From: Tubiluchus corallicola
Taxonomy: Eukaryota; Animalia; Priapulida
Assembly (NCBI GenBank): GCA_030141605.1
Contig: JAQGDQ010000820.1
Span: forward strand, 1-64,000
Direction: 5' to 3'
Length of the DNA: 64,000 nt
Positions 25,881-39,400 of this stretch are shown here, piece by piece. A program made the position numbers and the translations under genes. The notes beneath the pieces are model-generated. The model had not been told where the DNA came from and did no database searches. It saw only the letters and a list, made by a program, of their open reading frames with translations. How positions within the stretch are numbered: the first letter of the stretch is position 1; every line of letters starts with the position of its first letter.

Positions 25881-26389
25881 CAGGGATGAGAATGACAAAT
25901 TGCAAAAAACTCTGAAACAGGCCGGGGGTTTGGGGGCTGTGTAGGCTCCCATGGGGGTTCAAGGGGGCAAAGCAACAAATTGCAATATTGTGACCACAGA
26001 GAGCCTCTAAGTGGACTTAAAATATCAATTACCTTGTTTCATGTATAATTTAAAATACCCAACTATCAAGGATACATGATACCTAATTGTCTCAAAAATG
26101 CCCAAGTACTGGCCACTCCTATGCAAAAGTATATAAAAACTGTCTGCAATTGAGTCAAATAACTCCGCACAATTGATTCTATATTTTTATACATAGAGAT
26201 CTACACGTGGTTACACAGATGTACGTGATGTAAACAAAGTGACAGCCTGCCAACTAGCGGTCAGCTTGTGAAATAATGTACTGGGTCCGTAAAAATTTTC
26301 TCGACGAATTTACGTGATTTACAAAACTGGCACTACTGGTCTTCCAAAAACTCCGAATTCCGTGTATCCGTGGGAAATTCTCATCCCTG
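25881..26389. mobile_element. hAT MITE family B, copy 1
   Basis: 13-bp TIR CAGGGATGAGAAT. Near-identical reverse complement of 33339-33838. Confidence 0.85.
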
Positions 26390-27159
26390 ATGTAGCTACG
26401 ATCAATACGAAGTCTACACTTGTGAACTAATCATTCAACCGTTATTAAATGGGCTAAGCATCTCAGCCTTAGTTTTAAGTTTATTTTAAGTTTATTTATT
26501 TCCACTCTGCATCTTACAGTTATAATAAAAATACAGATAATTTTCCACTGAAGTAAATATAAATATAAATGCAATATTATCCAGAAATTACAAAAGAGAT
26601 TCTTATGCAGCATATACATGTGCAAATTACATTACAGAATAATTTTGATGCATACAGTTTGAGCCTAAAAGCATAACTTGACAGGCCAAACTGTACGTGG
26701 AAATCTTAAAGAAATGATTAATAATTGAAATAATAATAATATATACATAAAAGTGGGGGGTAGTGAATGAAAGATGAAATGGAGGGAGAACTAAGAAAAA
26801 CTGTGATCATGATTATAAAGTGTTTAGTAACCTGTTGAGCATAGTCACATTTTATTAAGATTACTGTGGAAAAAGAATGCAGGTGATTACCATTATCAAA
26901 CTGTGTTACTCTCAATACTTTTGAAATATTTCTTTTCCCACATTTTTTTTAAAGTTGAAGCCACCTCTATAGGTTCAGTGGCACTGAAAATTGCCAGGCT
27001 ATTCTGTCTTAAGAGGTTGTGTTTGTCGATCGCGTCTAAATACATTTATCAATCATCTGATTAGTATTGCCGTACTGAAGCAGTGCAAACAAAGACAGAC
27101 TGAATCATATATGAAGACGACATGAAATGAATGACAAAGAAATGGAAAACCACAAGGAA

Positions 27160-27980
27160 AAAGGGCCGTAACGATACACCTAGATGACGATAGGATATTT
27201 ATCAGGATACTAACCTCACAATACGATTGTCGTTGTGAACGACCGAAAATCATAAAAAAATACATTTAATTTGCAATTAGATTAATAACTTGTAAAACCG
27301 CTATTACTGTAGTAGATATGGCTTCTATCTATCTGTTACTTATTCTAAAAATGGGCTTAACCTAATAGTGAACGGTTGCTCTAGTTTTGCTATATTCTGT
27401 ACTACCTGTTGGCTTTTACAAGACATTATATGCAGACATCATTTTTACCTATATTTCTGTGGAAACTTCTGTATCAATAAACGTCCACAAGGCAACGATA
27501 CATGTCACAATAGTCCAGAGTTAAAGTTTGCAGTTTTTATATCAATCGACAGTTTTAGGATTGCTAAATGCTAAAAGAACTTGACAAACTGTTTATTACG
27601 TGTGTAATGTGCAGGTTGTTGTTTACATTGTAAGCCACCAGAAACAAAAACTTATCAATACTTTAGGTTTAAAAGTTGCTTGTTCATTTGCTGGTTCACT
27701 TTTACCATTTCACAAGTTTATATGTAAATAATGCAATTAACCTACTACAGATTAAACACCTTGTATTTTCAATCAAGTCAACTACAGTTCACTGCACTGA
27801 TTGAGAAGTATCTACAGCTGCAGTTTGAATCACTCCACATTGTTGTTTGTCAACATACGGTCAAGCACACGCTGACTTCCTAAATACCAATGATATATCG
27901 AGTATTATCAAGATACTGGTGCATTCTGACAATCGTTAGAAAAAGTATCACGATTCATCGATGTATCGTTACAGGCCGAA
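27160..27980. mobile_element. hAT-like MITE family F, copy 1
   Basis: Termini AGGGCCGTAACGATAC / TATCGTTACAGGCC. Interior is similar to 31833-32603. Confidence 0.6.
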
Positions 27981-28499
27981 TGTATATTGTAATAAAAGCT
28001 ATCATGATGCATCGATACACTGAAGTAACGCTATAGGCCTACAACAAAAGATGGTTTTTGTTACGTGACAAACTGTTAATACATGCCATTCCATAACTTC
28101 GCTTGTAACACTAACACCGAGTTTACACTAACACTAACACTAACGCTAGCAGCTTTTTATCCGAGTGACCAACGAGCATGTCAACGTATATATGCCAGTT
28201 GGCCTGAATTTGAAAGGATGAAATGCATCAAGATCGTGAAGAACAATTTCATGAAGAACAGGAAAATAATACATCATTGCATTTCAATTTTCCCTGCATA
28301 AACTTTTTGCCATTCCGTTAAATGTAATCCATAGAAGAGCAGGCAGAGAAAAACGTACATTGACAAGCCGTCACTACTGACACTAGTAATTAATTATTAA
28401 TAATAATCATAATTATTATTAGGCTTACACGTAAATTATTATTGAAATCTAAGGCCCCGTATGGGTCACACGGGGACAAGCGGTCATAATAATATGACA

Positions 28500-29180
28500 A
28501 CTGGTTAATGTCCCTCAAACGTAGTAAATGCAGCGCACTTTATATTCGTTCTAATTCTGCAATACCGTATTATCTGAGAGATGGTGCTTTTGAAGAAAAA
28601 TCAGTTGTACGTGATTTAGGTGTATTAATCTCAAACAACCTGAAGTGGAATTCACATACTGAGCATATTATTTCTCAGGCAATAGACGCATTAGAATGAT
28701 AAAATTCTACATTTCATCACATAGTGCAAAAGTTATTGTACCTCTTTATAAAGCTGTAGTTAGGCCAATACCGGAACATGCAGCCATTGTTTGGTCACCA
28801 CAGTGTTACTCATAAAAATGCTTTAGAAAAAACTCAATGGAGATGTTTTAGTTTGGCCTCTGATATTCAACCTGACTCTGGATCTCCTCTTGAACAATGC
28901 CATGATACTATATATCTTATTAACTGTTACAAAGTGCGTAGTGACAATTTTTTTTCTAGACCACAACGTGATTTACGTGGACACAATTCTAAATTATTTG
29001 TACAATACTCTGGCACTTTCTTCTCTCCTCGTGTTTTGAGCCCTTGGAATTCACTTAATAGGGAAACAGTTGACGCATCAAATGTGCCGCAATTTCCGAA
29101 ATTGTTGAGGAGAGACCGCCAATAACCGTGTTGTGGTTAACTCTCTTAGACTTTGCAAACGAGTAAATATAAAATATTTA
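28500..29180 (+). mobile_element. Degraded CR1/L2-group LINE 3' fragment
   Basis: VRDLGVLISNNLKWNSH, LYKAVVRP, RGHNSKL and FFSPRVLSPWNSL appear across frameshifts, matching RT C-terminal motifs. Confidence 0.8.
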
Positions 29181-31239
29181 TTTACAAAACAGCATGAATT
29201 ACCGTCTTACTAACTTCGACGGAGCGTTAGTAATCAAATAGCTTGTGTAGTTCAACGCGAGTTTACCTGGCCTTAGTTACCATACACTACCTATCCTAGC
29301 AAAGTAGTTACTACTACTTGCTATGCGAATACATTGACGTTACACCATAACTATACTAAAATTTTTACAAAGCATTTACTAACCCAAGCTTTACCTTTGA
29401 CATCCGGAGCCCATGGTTTCCAAAAACGTTCTCAAGATCGTCTCTGCACTGTTCTGATTAATGTGTGTTTCTCACGCCTTTACTGCAAACTCAGAACTCA
29501 GATTCTTGAATGCTTTGTGAAATGAAAATAGTCGCGCATTTGTAGTGACATTTCGGGCTGAATTCAATTTTGATTTTATTTCTCACGCCTATACTGCAAA
29601 CTCAGAATCTCAGATTCTTGAATGTTTTGTGTAACAAAAGTAGTCGCGTATTTGTAGTGACATTTCGTGATGAATTCAATTTAGGCTGATTTTATCCGAA
29701 AATCATCGCTTATCGTAATTTAATGAAGATTCATACATTAGAACGAAAGAAACTCCTTCGAGTTCAAAAGTCATACTTCAAAGATTAAGATGGTTAGGAC
29801 ACTTTCTTAATTACTATGTGAAACATCAGTAACAATAGCCTCAAAGAAGCCTCAAATCCCTGTAAAAAACTGGCAAATCACAAACAACTTGGATAGGTAT
29901 TAATAAAGATGGTCAACTATTTTACTCAAAGCTAGCTTTAGAAGCAGAAGAACTTGTGCTGTTAGCTGCAGATATGAGTAGGTGACAAGTTGCAATAAAC
30001 GGTATGTCACAAAGTCTTCAAAAGATGGAATGAGACTTTGATAATTATGATCACTGTACGATCTCGAGAGAAAGTTAGTATAAAAATGTTGTCATAATAT
30101 TTTTGTAAATACCATAAGATGGCAATGTGGACTTCCCCAACATTGTACGATACTGATATTTGTTATCAATCGGTTTAAACCATGTGTTTCTAATACTGGA
30201 GCGGCAATATAGGCACAATATTGTACTAGCATTGCACAAAGATACGCATATTGTACCAACATGTTCACAATATTTTCGAAACATTTTTTATGAGATCTTT
30301 ACCGTATGGAACAATACAGTGTGCTGCATGAGTTGTCATCAGGAACACATCTAGTGTTAATAATTATTCAATACTAGAACTACGTTTTTTAAACTGGTTA
30401 ATTCACAAGTGTAATATTAAAATTATGAAAAAAAAAAGATATGTGCCGTGGTATCCCAGGTGTCAGGATACAATAAGCTATGCTTAAAACTTGGTAGATG
30501 TGAATGTTATTATTTTCTAATGCTTAATAATTATAATGCTTATTATTAGATCTGTTTTTATTTTTGCACTCCTTATTGCCAAAAATAAAAAATCAACAAA
30601 ATTATTGAAAAATGATCAAGTAATGACGTCATTTTTATTAAAAAACACCCTAAATTGTGCCCCTATACAGGACACTAGATAACTGTCTGCAGGGAAGGAT
30701 GCTCTGTCAACTGAGAACAGATTTAAATTTAGTGTGAAAGCGTTGCACCATTCACATAGCCTGCCGTCTTGAGGAGCATGGTCAAGAATAAAAGGGATCA
30801 CTATTGAACTCAAGTTTACTCATACACTTTCCATATACTATTGTATTAGTGTCTGGCAAAGTTGCATCACATGAATTTCCGAACCATTCAGTTTGATATG
30901 CTAGAATGTGAGAGGCCCACAATAATTTTTTTTAAATATTCCTGAATTCTCAACTGATTCAGCAACATTCTGTATATTATTCTCTTTTATTACTCGTTGA
31001 CGTAGTGCATTGTTAACCATTGCTTTTGCACCTGGACATTGGACAATGGTAAAAAGTGCGTAAAAAGTTATTTGACTTAAATTTCGCTTCAGAAAGTATT
31101 CGCTTTTTGCAAATCGTCACATTTTCGTGTAGCAGGCATAATAGCGCTTTGGATCACTTCGCACTCTTAGTATTAATTAATAAACTTTACTGTTATCTAG
31201 CCATTTATGTGAAGGCGTTAATTATCAATATATTTATGC

Positions 31240-31357
31240 ACTTACCTGTTTCCATGACAAATACGGTCATCGAGTGAGGTCCTACGAGGACTTTATAAGG
31301 TATAATTTACTTGTTAACTTTTTTCACATGAATGTACGTTGCAAGACGTAGGTAAGC
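31240..31357. promoter_or_regulatory. Candidate bidirectional promoter with back-to-back first-exon donors and an RFX X-box-like motif
   Basis: Minus-strand donor CAG|GTAAGT (GT 31245-31244) and plus-strand donor TAG|GTAAGC (GT 31352-31353), with GTTTCCATGACAAA at 31248-31261. Lies between the divergent AKR and annexin genes, both of which have acceptors upstream of their ATG. Confidence 0.4.
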
Positions 31358-31832
31358 GTGAATTGGTGCGGTAGGAACCTAAACGATTCCCTGACTACCT
31401 GTGATTAAAGCCTACTTGCTGCCAATCTTTTGAATTTTGTACGAATTGCAGTTAAAACTTTCGGCATTTATGGTTCAGAGGGAAAAAGATTTGTGCTTAG
31501 TACTTTAGGCAAACGCATTCAATGTGCCATGGGGAGACTAGGTCTACAAGATTTTTATTTTAGCGTTTATCCATTGCCTTACAAAGAAGTAATGCGATAA
31601 GCATTATGGGAACAATTTTTCCACGTCTAAAAAGATTGAAGAAATTATGAGCCGCCTTCAATATTAATATTTCACTTTATTGACCTCGTATCCTTGACTG
31701 TAGCAAAAATCTCATTTTTCAGGAGATCACTTTATGACAAAACATTAACAACGTATCTATTTTAGCACTTTTTAAAATCTACTGCTCATTTTTACATTGT
31801 ATTAACTATTAATACTTTTAATATACTATTAG

Positions 31833-32603
31833 TAGGGCTGTAACGATACACCTAAGTCATGATGCGATACATTTCACGATACAAATTTAGTTACCGTTTG
31901 CAGGCTTTAATAAAAAAAACTAGATTAAGCTGTTGATATATTATATATGCTAAGTGTTAAATAATTCAGCAAACTGCTTGATTTCTGTTTATGCTCTTGT
32001 ATTATTTGCATTGTAAGTCACCAGAAATGCAAAACATTTCAATACTTTAGATATAAAAATATCGTAGTTCACATTTGTTACAAGCCATTTCAGAAACTTA
32101 TGAGCAAAAACTTAATTAGCCTACTACAGATTATAAACATGTTGTAGTTTCAACCTCTTTGCTTTGGTTGCTAGCGGCAGGTCTGCCTGTGTCAAGGTCA
32201 AGTCTGCTAATGCAGCGCTCACCGCACCTCTTTGCTTTGGTTGCTAGCGGCAGGTCTGCCTGTGTCAAGGTCAAGTCTGCTAATGCAGCGCTCACCGCAC
32301 CTCTTCGCTTTGGTTGCTAGCGGCAGGTCTGCCTGTGTCAAGGTCAAGTCTGCTAATGCAGCGCTCACCGCACCGCACCTCTTCGCTTTGGTTGCTAGCG
32401 GCAGGTCTGCCTGTGTCAAGGTCAAGTCTGCTAATGCAGCGCTCAGCGCACTAATTGTTATGTGTCTACAGTACATTCTGTTATTATAAGCGGACAGTCA
32501 AGCTTATGGTAAATATCAGCGATTCAGATTATCACGATACTGGTTCACTTTGATAATACGCGTATCGTCACAAAAGGTATCACGATGCATCGTTACAGGT
32601 CTA
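31833..32603. mobile_element. hAT-like MITE family F, copy 2, with an internal 73-bp tandem repeat x4 (32153-32445)
   Basis: TIRs TAGGGCTGTAACGAT / ATCGTTACAGGTCTA. No clear TSD. Confidence 0.65.
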
Positions 32604-33338
32604 GAATATTGTATTTATTTTCATGTCTTTGTTCTAATTACTGTTTTCAAATTGTTGCATAATGTGCAGCCATAATTAAAACGTGCTGCTGGATATACAT
32701 AGCCCATTCAAAATGAATAGATCGTCAATTGAAATGTAGTTTTCGGGGTCATGAGATGTTTTTTTAGTAACCTGCAAACACTGCCTAAGAACAGAACCAT
32801 TTTACTAGTCATTTTAAAATTTTCCAAGATTCAAAGGTATATCATATAATACTAGATGTATTTGTGGGGCAGGGGGTAAGTTTGTTCTGATGCTCTAGTT
32901 GAGTTATTTAAGGTATTGAAAAGGTGTGCATTCTATTATAATTGCTTTTACAAAGTATTAAATAAATTACTGGAAGATGACATGTTTTTTCAATAATCGT
33001 GGTGCAGATAATATTATAAAATTATGTTAAGTTTTTATTACTTTACTTTGACGCAACACTTAGTAAATTCGATACAAAATTAAACAAAATTAACATTAGT
33101 GGTGTAATTGTTTAAGATTTTAAGAGAAGTATATTTATTTATTATTAAATGTAATTAAATATGTATACTATTACTACCTAGATTGAATACAAATGCAGTA
33201 GGTGCTGCTTAATAGACTCACTGTGGGACCGATGTGATTTGACCCAATTAACCGACTGAATCATTACTCATCCCTTCTATTACTATCCCATCACTTCAAT
33301 ATTGACTTTGTGATTTGGATTGACAAAGTTGTTTTATC

Positions 33339-33838
33339 TAGGGATGAGAATTTTCCGCGGAATTTCGAGTTTCTGGAATACCAGTAGTGCCATTTTTGTA
33401 AATCACGTAAATTCGTTGAGAAAATTTTTACGGACCCAGTACATTATTTCACAAGCTGACCGCTAGTTGGCAGGCCGTTACTTTATTTACGTCACGTACA
33501 TCAGTGTAACCACGTGTAGATCTCTATGTATAAAAATATAGAATCAATTGTGTGGAGTTATTTGAGTCAATTGCAGACAGTTTTTATATACTTTTGCATA
33601 GGAGCGGCCAGCACTTAGGTGTTTTTGAGACAATTAGGTATCATGTATCCTTGATAGTTGGGTATTTTAAATTATGCATGAAACAAGGTAACTGATATTT
33701 TAAGTCCACTTAGAGGCTGTCTGTGGTCACAAAATTGCAATTTGTTGCTTCGCCCCTTGAACTGCCACGGGGGTCTACGCGAGCCCCTAACCCCCGGCCT
33801 GTTTCAGAGTTTTTTGTAATTTGTCATTCTCATCCCTG
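33339..33838. mobile_element. hAT MITE family B, copy 2
   Basis: TIRs TAGGGATGAGAAT / ATTCTCATCCCTG and perfect 8-bp TSD GTTTTATC. Confidence 0.9.
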
Positions 33839-34905
33839 GTTTTATCTTAACGTACATTTTATGGGTATTCACTAAGGTTTATGCTCGGCAGTGTAAATTC
33901 ATTAGCCTTTGTAATTAAAGAACAGATGCTTAGCGCTTTTAATTCTCACTAATGCTGGAAAATAAAAATGTCAAGATTTAATCGTACATTTCCGTTAAAA
34001 TGCATCACCATTCAGGGAAAGGAATTTATTCCGTTTCTACAGCTGATGTCTGCACTCAAGGCTTGTTTATGTCTGCGTTAGTATTATGTTTTGTTTTGTT
34101 TATGACTAGATAATTAGTAAGAATCCGGATTGATCCTGAATAACCATGCAAACTGTACTTTCATGAAAATCTTTTCATTATTCAGCCTTCGCTTATTAAG
34201 GCCCAGTAAGCTTTTCACAGTTCCAGTGATTGATGATGATCGTGAAAAGGTCAAAGGTTAAGTGTACCAGACAACGCCTCACAGCTCATGCTGTTGTAGC
34301 AGTAACAGTTTAACAGCTAGCTAGAACCTTACCTAGTTCATTTTTTTCTTTTTCCAAGCAGGATCCTGTTAGTAAATCACTCTATGCACAGACTAATGCA
34401 CAACTAAGCAAAGTCTTTGTAAAAATTGTAACTGAAGTTACTGAAATACAGCATCAGGCGAATTTGCTTTACCCACATATCACGTGAAGGTTGTACTTGA
34501 GACGCCTTCCTTGACCTCGGGTCACCGACCTAGATAACCTAACTTTTGATGATCAGTCACCTGTTTAAGGTCACTAACTACCCATTCAATCTGAATTTAT
34601 TTACCTGTGTTTTACCTGTCAGAGAACTTTTTTTTTTAACCAGCCATCATTTTCTTCTGATCTTTTACTGTAATCTGCAAATGATTTAGCTTTAGACTAA
34701 TGCAGAATTTTTCATTTTTCCTGAGTTCCAGTCTTCCAAGAGAGTATTCAATGTGAACCATTGAAAAATGCAGGAAACCAATTAATTTCAAAGGAAAAAA
34801 ATGCAGCTATTAATGCTAAATCTGGCGGCTTTCTCTCTCTCTGTGCCAGCAATTGTCACGTTTAAACAGTGGCTGATGCATATATTTGGTTCTTCAGTTT
34901 CTCAG

Positions 34906-35090
34906 GTGTAAGACTGAATCAATATCCTCGTCTATATTTACCTGCGCGTTGTTGTGCTTGACTACCTGCATGCTTACGCTGTCGTCAATAATATACATAG
35001 CAGCCATCATTACATACAGTGGCTCGTTACTGTGCTCATGACAGCGTGTTGGGAATTTCAACACTGGAAGGACTGAATTAAAACATCAAG
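34906..35090 (+). other. Candidate internal 5' UTR exon of the annexin fusion gene
   Basis: Acceptor TTCTTCAGTTTCTCAG| and donor CAAG|GTAATT, with higher GC than the flanks. Confidence 0.35.
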
Positions 35091-35235
35091 GTAATTAATA
35101 TACGTATTCTTTTTATTAAATAAGTGACACGCGTATTAGTCATTTTTAGTGTGGCAGCAAATGACACTATAATGGCTTCATTATGTTGCTTGTTAGTTCC
35201 ATGTTTGAATGGATAGTAAATAAAATTTAAACCCA

Positions 35236-35857
35236 GAATAAAAAATGAATGTGATCATTGTGAGCAGAGTGTGCAGCATGTGTAAATATAAAAATGAATG
35301 TGATCATTGTGAGCAGAGTGTGCAGCATGTGATCATTGTGAGCAGAGTGTGCAGCATGTGCAAATATAAAATTGAATGTGATCACTGTGAGCAGAGTGTG
35401 CAGCATGTGCAAATATAAAAATGAATGTGATCATTGTGAGCAGAGTGTGCAGCATGTGCAAATATAAAAATGAATGTGATCATTGTGAGCAGAGTGTGCA
35501 GCATGTGCAAATATAAAAATGAATGTGATCATTGTGAGCAGAGTGTGCAGCATGTATAAATATAAAAATGAATGTGATCATTGTGAGCAGAGTGTGCAGC
35601 ATGTGCAAATATAAAAATGAATGTGATCATTGTGAGCAGAGTATGCAGCATGTGCAAATATAAAATTGAATGTGATCATTGTGAGCAGAGTGTGCAGCAT
35701 GTGCAAATATAAAAATGAATGTGATCATTGTGAGCAGAGTGTGCAGCATGTGCAAATATAAAAATGAATGTGATCATTGTGAGCAGAGTGTGCAGCATGT
35801 GTAAATATAAAAATGAATGTGATCATTGTGAGCAGAGTATGCAGCATGTGCAAATAT
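35236..35857. repeat. 49-bp minisatellite, ~12 copies
   Basis: Unit AAAATGAATGTGATCATTGTGAGCAGAGTGTGCAGCATGTGCAAATATA. Confidence 0.92.
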
Positions 35858-36467
35858 ATTCAAATAAAGAGTTGCAGTGAGCCTGCTTGTAAAAATGTCA
35901 CATATTTATAATTGATTATAGGCTACATTTACTATTAAAAACACATTGTGTAATATCTGTTGCACATTTATATATACCTTATTATTTAGACCTACAAAGT
36001 TTTACATATTTATAAATTGATTATAGGCTACATTTACTATTAAAAACACATTGTGTAATATCTGTAGTACATTTATATATACCTGATTATTTAGACCTAC
36101 AAAGTTTTACATATTTATAAATTGATTATAGGCTACATTTATTCCATTTTTGAGTATGTTACAGACTGTACGTAATACTAATTTTTTAAGTGCATTGTAT
36201 AATATCTATAGCACATAATTATATACTTGATTATTAAACGTACGGTATTTAGGTTATACATAAGCTATTGGCTGTATGTAATACTAAAAACACTATGTGT
36301 AACATCTGGTTACCCGATTATTTAGTAATATGACCATTATGATAATATTGAGTATGTATGCCTGGTTATTTAGATCTACAATAAGGTAGGCAAAATAGAC
36401 TTTTTAAAGAGACAATTATTTTTTTAGATTTTGCAGATTTGCTGAGAAATCAAGCTGATATATCAGA

Positions 36468-39400
36468 ATGTACTGGAACACAAGCAGCGGACCAGTGGCT
36501 GCTCCAAAAATCACTCCTTTGCGTGATCCCTTGTTGGGCTTAACGACGACAAAAATCGATACTGGCACCTATATCGAGTTGCTAACTGACACGCAAGGTG
36601 CCAAACTTTTCTTCTCTGTTGACGGCAGTAAACCGAATCCGTTTCATCCTAAGATCGGCGGCAAAGAAGTGACGCATAAATATATCGGACCGTTTACGTT
36701 GAAACCCGGAAAACGACTTTTGAAAGCTTTAGCGGTGAGTCGGGATGGATTGCACGAAAGCCAGGTGGTTTCCAAGACATTTGTTGTAGAAGAGAAAGTT
36801 GAGAATAGTGATGATGAGAACGACCCACTGTGGGCTGATGATGGACTTAGCACGGCCGTGGATGACAGTTTCGATTGTGACAAACCACCTGTGGGATTTT
36901 CACATTTAGATCAGTATCGAGTGCCAACGAAGCCTATTGTAAAAAGCAAGGTGAAAAATGCTTGGACGAAGCCACCTGCAGCTGCGCATACGAGAGATGA
37001 TGGTCACATTAACCCTATCAATTATAGTGGTACTCAGGTGAATATATTTGGAATTCCTCCTCAAGCATCGAGTTCTACTCCTTCGTTATCTCAGGTTGAC
37101 AAACGTGGTGTTGCATTTTCAACTTATCCGTCTTCACCATACAATTCTGTTCCATATTTAGACACTTACAGATCAAATACTGGATATTTTACCGAGCAAA
37201 TGATCAAAAACTTAGAACACGGTGGTCCGCTGCATGTAAGCGATGTAAAAAATCAAATTGCTACTGAAGAAAGGCTTGCCATTGAATATCCTCCAATTCA
37301 GAAGAAAAAACTCAGCCCTGGAAAAGGTTTGTGGCGACAACAGGTAGATCATATCTACTCGAACCTGTTGGAATATGCTAAAGAGGCTGGTGATTTTAGA
37401 CACGAGCTGGGTATGAAGAGATTAGGCCAAGTAGTTTCAGCAGCTTTAGAAGAAGATGAAGATACGTACCATTTTATTGTGACTTTAGCTAAAGCTGATA
37501 AAGATGTACAGCAAACCCCTAAGCTTACTTTACGGCCTGAAACTCCACTGAAGGTTGAAAAGCCAACGTTGAGCAAACCTGCTAAAGTAGTAATGCATAC
37601 AAACAAAGTAAAGAGCAAAATGAATGAGTTTATTAATGAAGAAGAAGTGCAAAGAGAAGGAACTGTTAAGGCATTTAAAGGATTTGATGCAGAACAAGAT
37701 GCCGAGGCTTTACAACAAGCAATGAAAGGTCTAGGTACAGATGAGGACACAATTATTCAGGTTATGGCAACAAGATCAAATAAACAACGACAAGATATAA
37801 TTAAGACATATAAAACAATGTTTGGAAAAGGCTTGATTTCAGAACTGGAAAGTGAATTAAGTGGAAATCTTTGCGCTACTGTGCTGGCACTGTGTGAGCC
37901 GCGTGTTCATTTTGATGCAACTCAGTTGCACAAAGCTATCAAAGGGCTCGGCACAGATGAGAATACTTTGATTGAAGTTCTTTGTACTAGAAGCAATAAA
38001 GAAATAAAGGATATATGTACTGTTTATAAACAATTGTTTGGAAGAAGCTTGGAGAAAGATATTGCGGATGACACGTCTGGTCATTTTAAAAGATTCTTAA
38101 TATCCCTAGTCCAAGGAAACAGAGACGAAAGTAATTTAGTGAACAAAACCAAAGCAAGGGAAGATGCTGAAGCTATGTACAGGGCAGGTGAAAATAAATT
38201 TGGCACAGACGAATCAAGATTTAACGTAGTTCTTTGCTCTAGAAGCAGTGCCCATCTTAGAGCTACATTTGAATTTTATAAATCTATAGCAAAAAAAGAC
38301 ATTGAGGATTCCATTAGTAGTGAAATGTCGGGAAATTTAAAAGCGGCCATGTTGGCTGTTGTGAGATGTATACGAGATCAACCAGGTTATTTTGCACAGC
38401 AGTTACATAAGTCAATGAAAGGTGCTGGTACAGGTGACGATACTCTGATCAGAATTGTCGTTTCCCGATGTGAAGTAGACATGGTACAGATTCGTTATGC
38501 ATTTCGGAAAAAATATAAACAAAGTTTGGCTCAGTTTATTCAAGACGACACCTCGGGTGATTATAGAAAGGTGCTGTTAATGTTGATCGGCGAACCAGTG
38601 ACACTCCGTCCAAAGTATGTTGCTAGTACTACTACGAATTATGATCGTGTCGCTGAGAATGATTCGGAAGATGAACGCGATGAAGATAGACATATGCCGA
38701 TTGATGATGGCAGACGCAAATCTGCTGACTCTAGTACTCCTAAAACCAGATTCATCCAGGAACCCGAGTATGAAGCCACTGGTACAATAGCCGACTATGT
38801 TAATTTTAATGCTGAGTCTGACGCAGAAATTCTTCGCAAAGCAATGAAAGGTCTCGGCACAAATGAAAAGGCCATAATGAATGTATATGGCAGACGTGCT
38901 TCAAATCAGATTCAGTTAGTTATACAGGCTTATAAAACCATGTTCGGGAAAGATTTGATTTCGGATCTGAAAGGAGAACTTAGTGGAAATTTTTCTACGT
39001 TAGTACTGGCCCTCTGTTTTACAAAAGAAAAGTTTGATGCATCAGAGCTACGTAAAGCAGTACAAGGGCTTGGAACAAAAGAGTCTGTATTAATAGAAAT
39101 ACTTTGCACTAGAACAAATAAACAGATATCTATGATTTCACAAAGCTACAAACAAATGTTTGGAAGGGATCTGGAGAAAGATATTAAATCAGATACATCG
39201 GGACATTTTCAGAGATTACTTGTTTCAATGCTGCAAGGCAATAGGGATGACAACACATCTGTGAATGTAGATAAAGCAAAAGAAGATGCACACGCTTTGT
39301 ACGAGGCAGGAGAGAAATCTTGGGGAATGGATGAGTCTCGTTTTAATGCCATTCTGGCTTCACGAAGTTTTGCTCATTTAAGAGTGGTTTTTCGTGAGTA

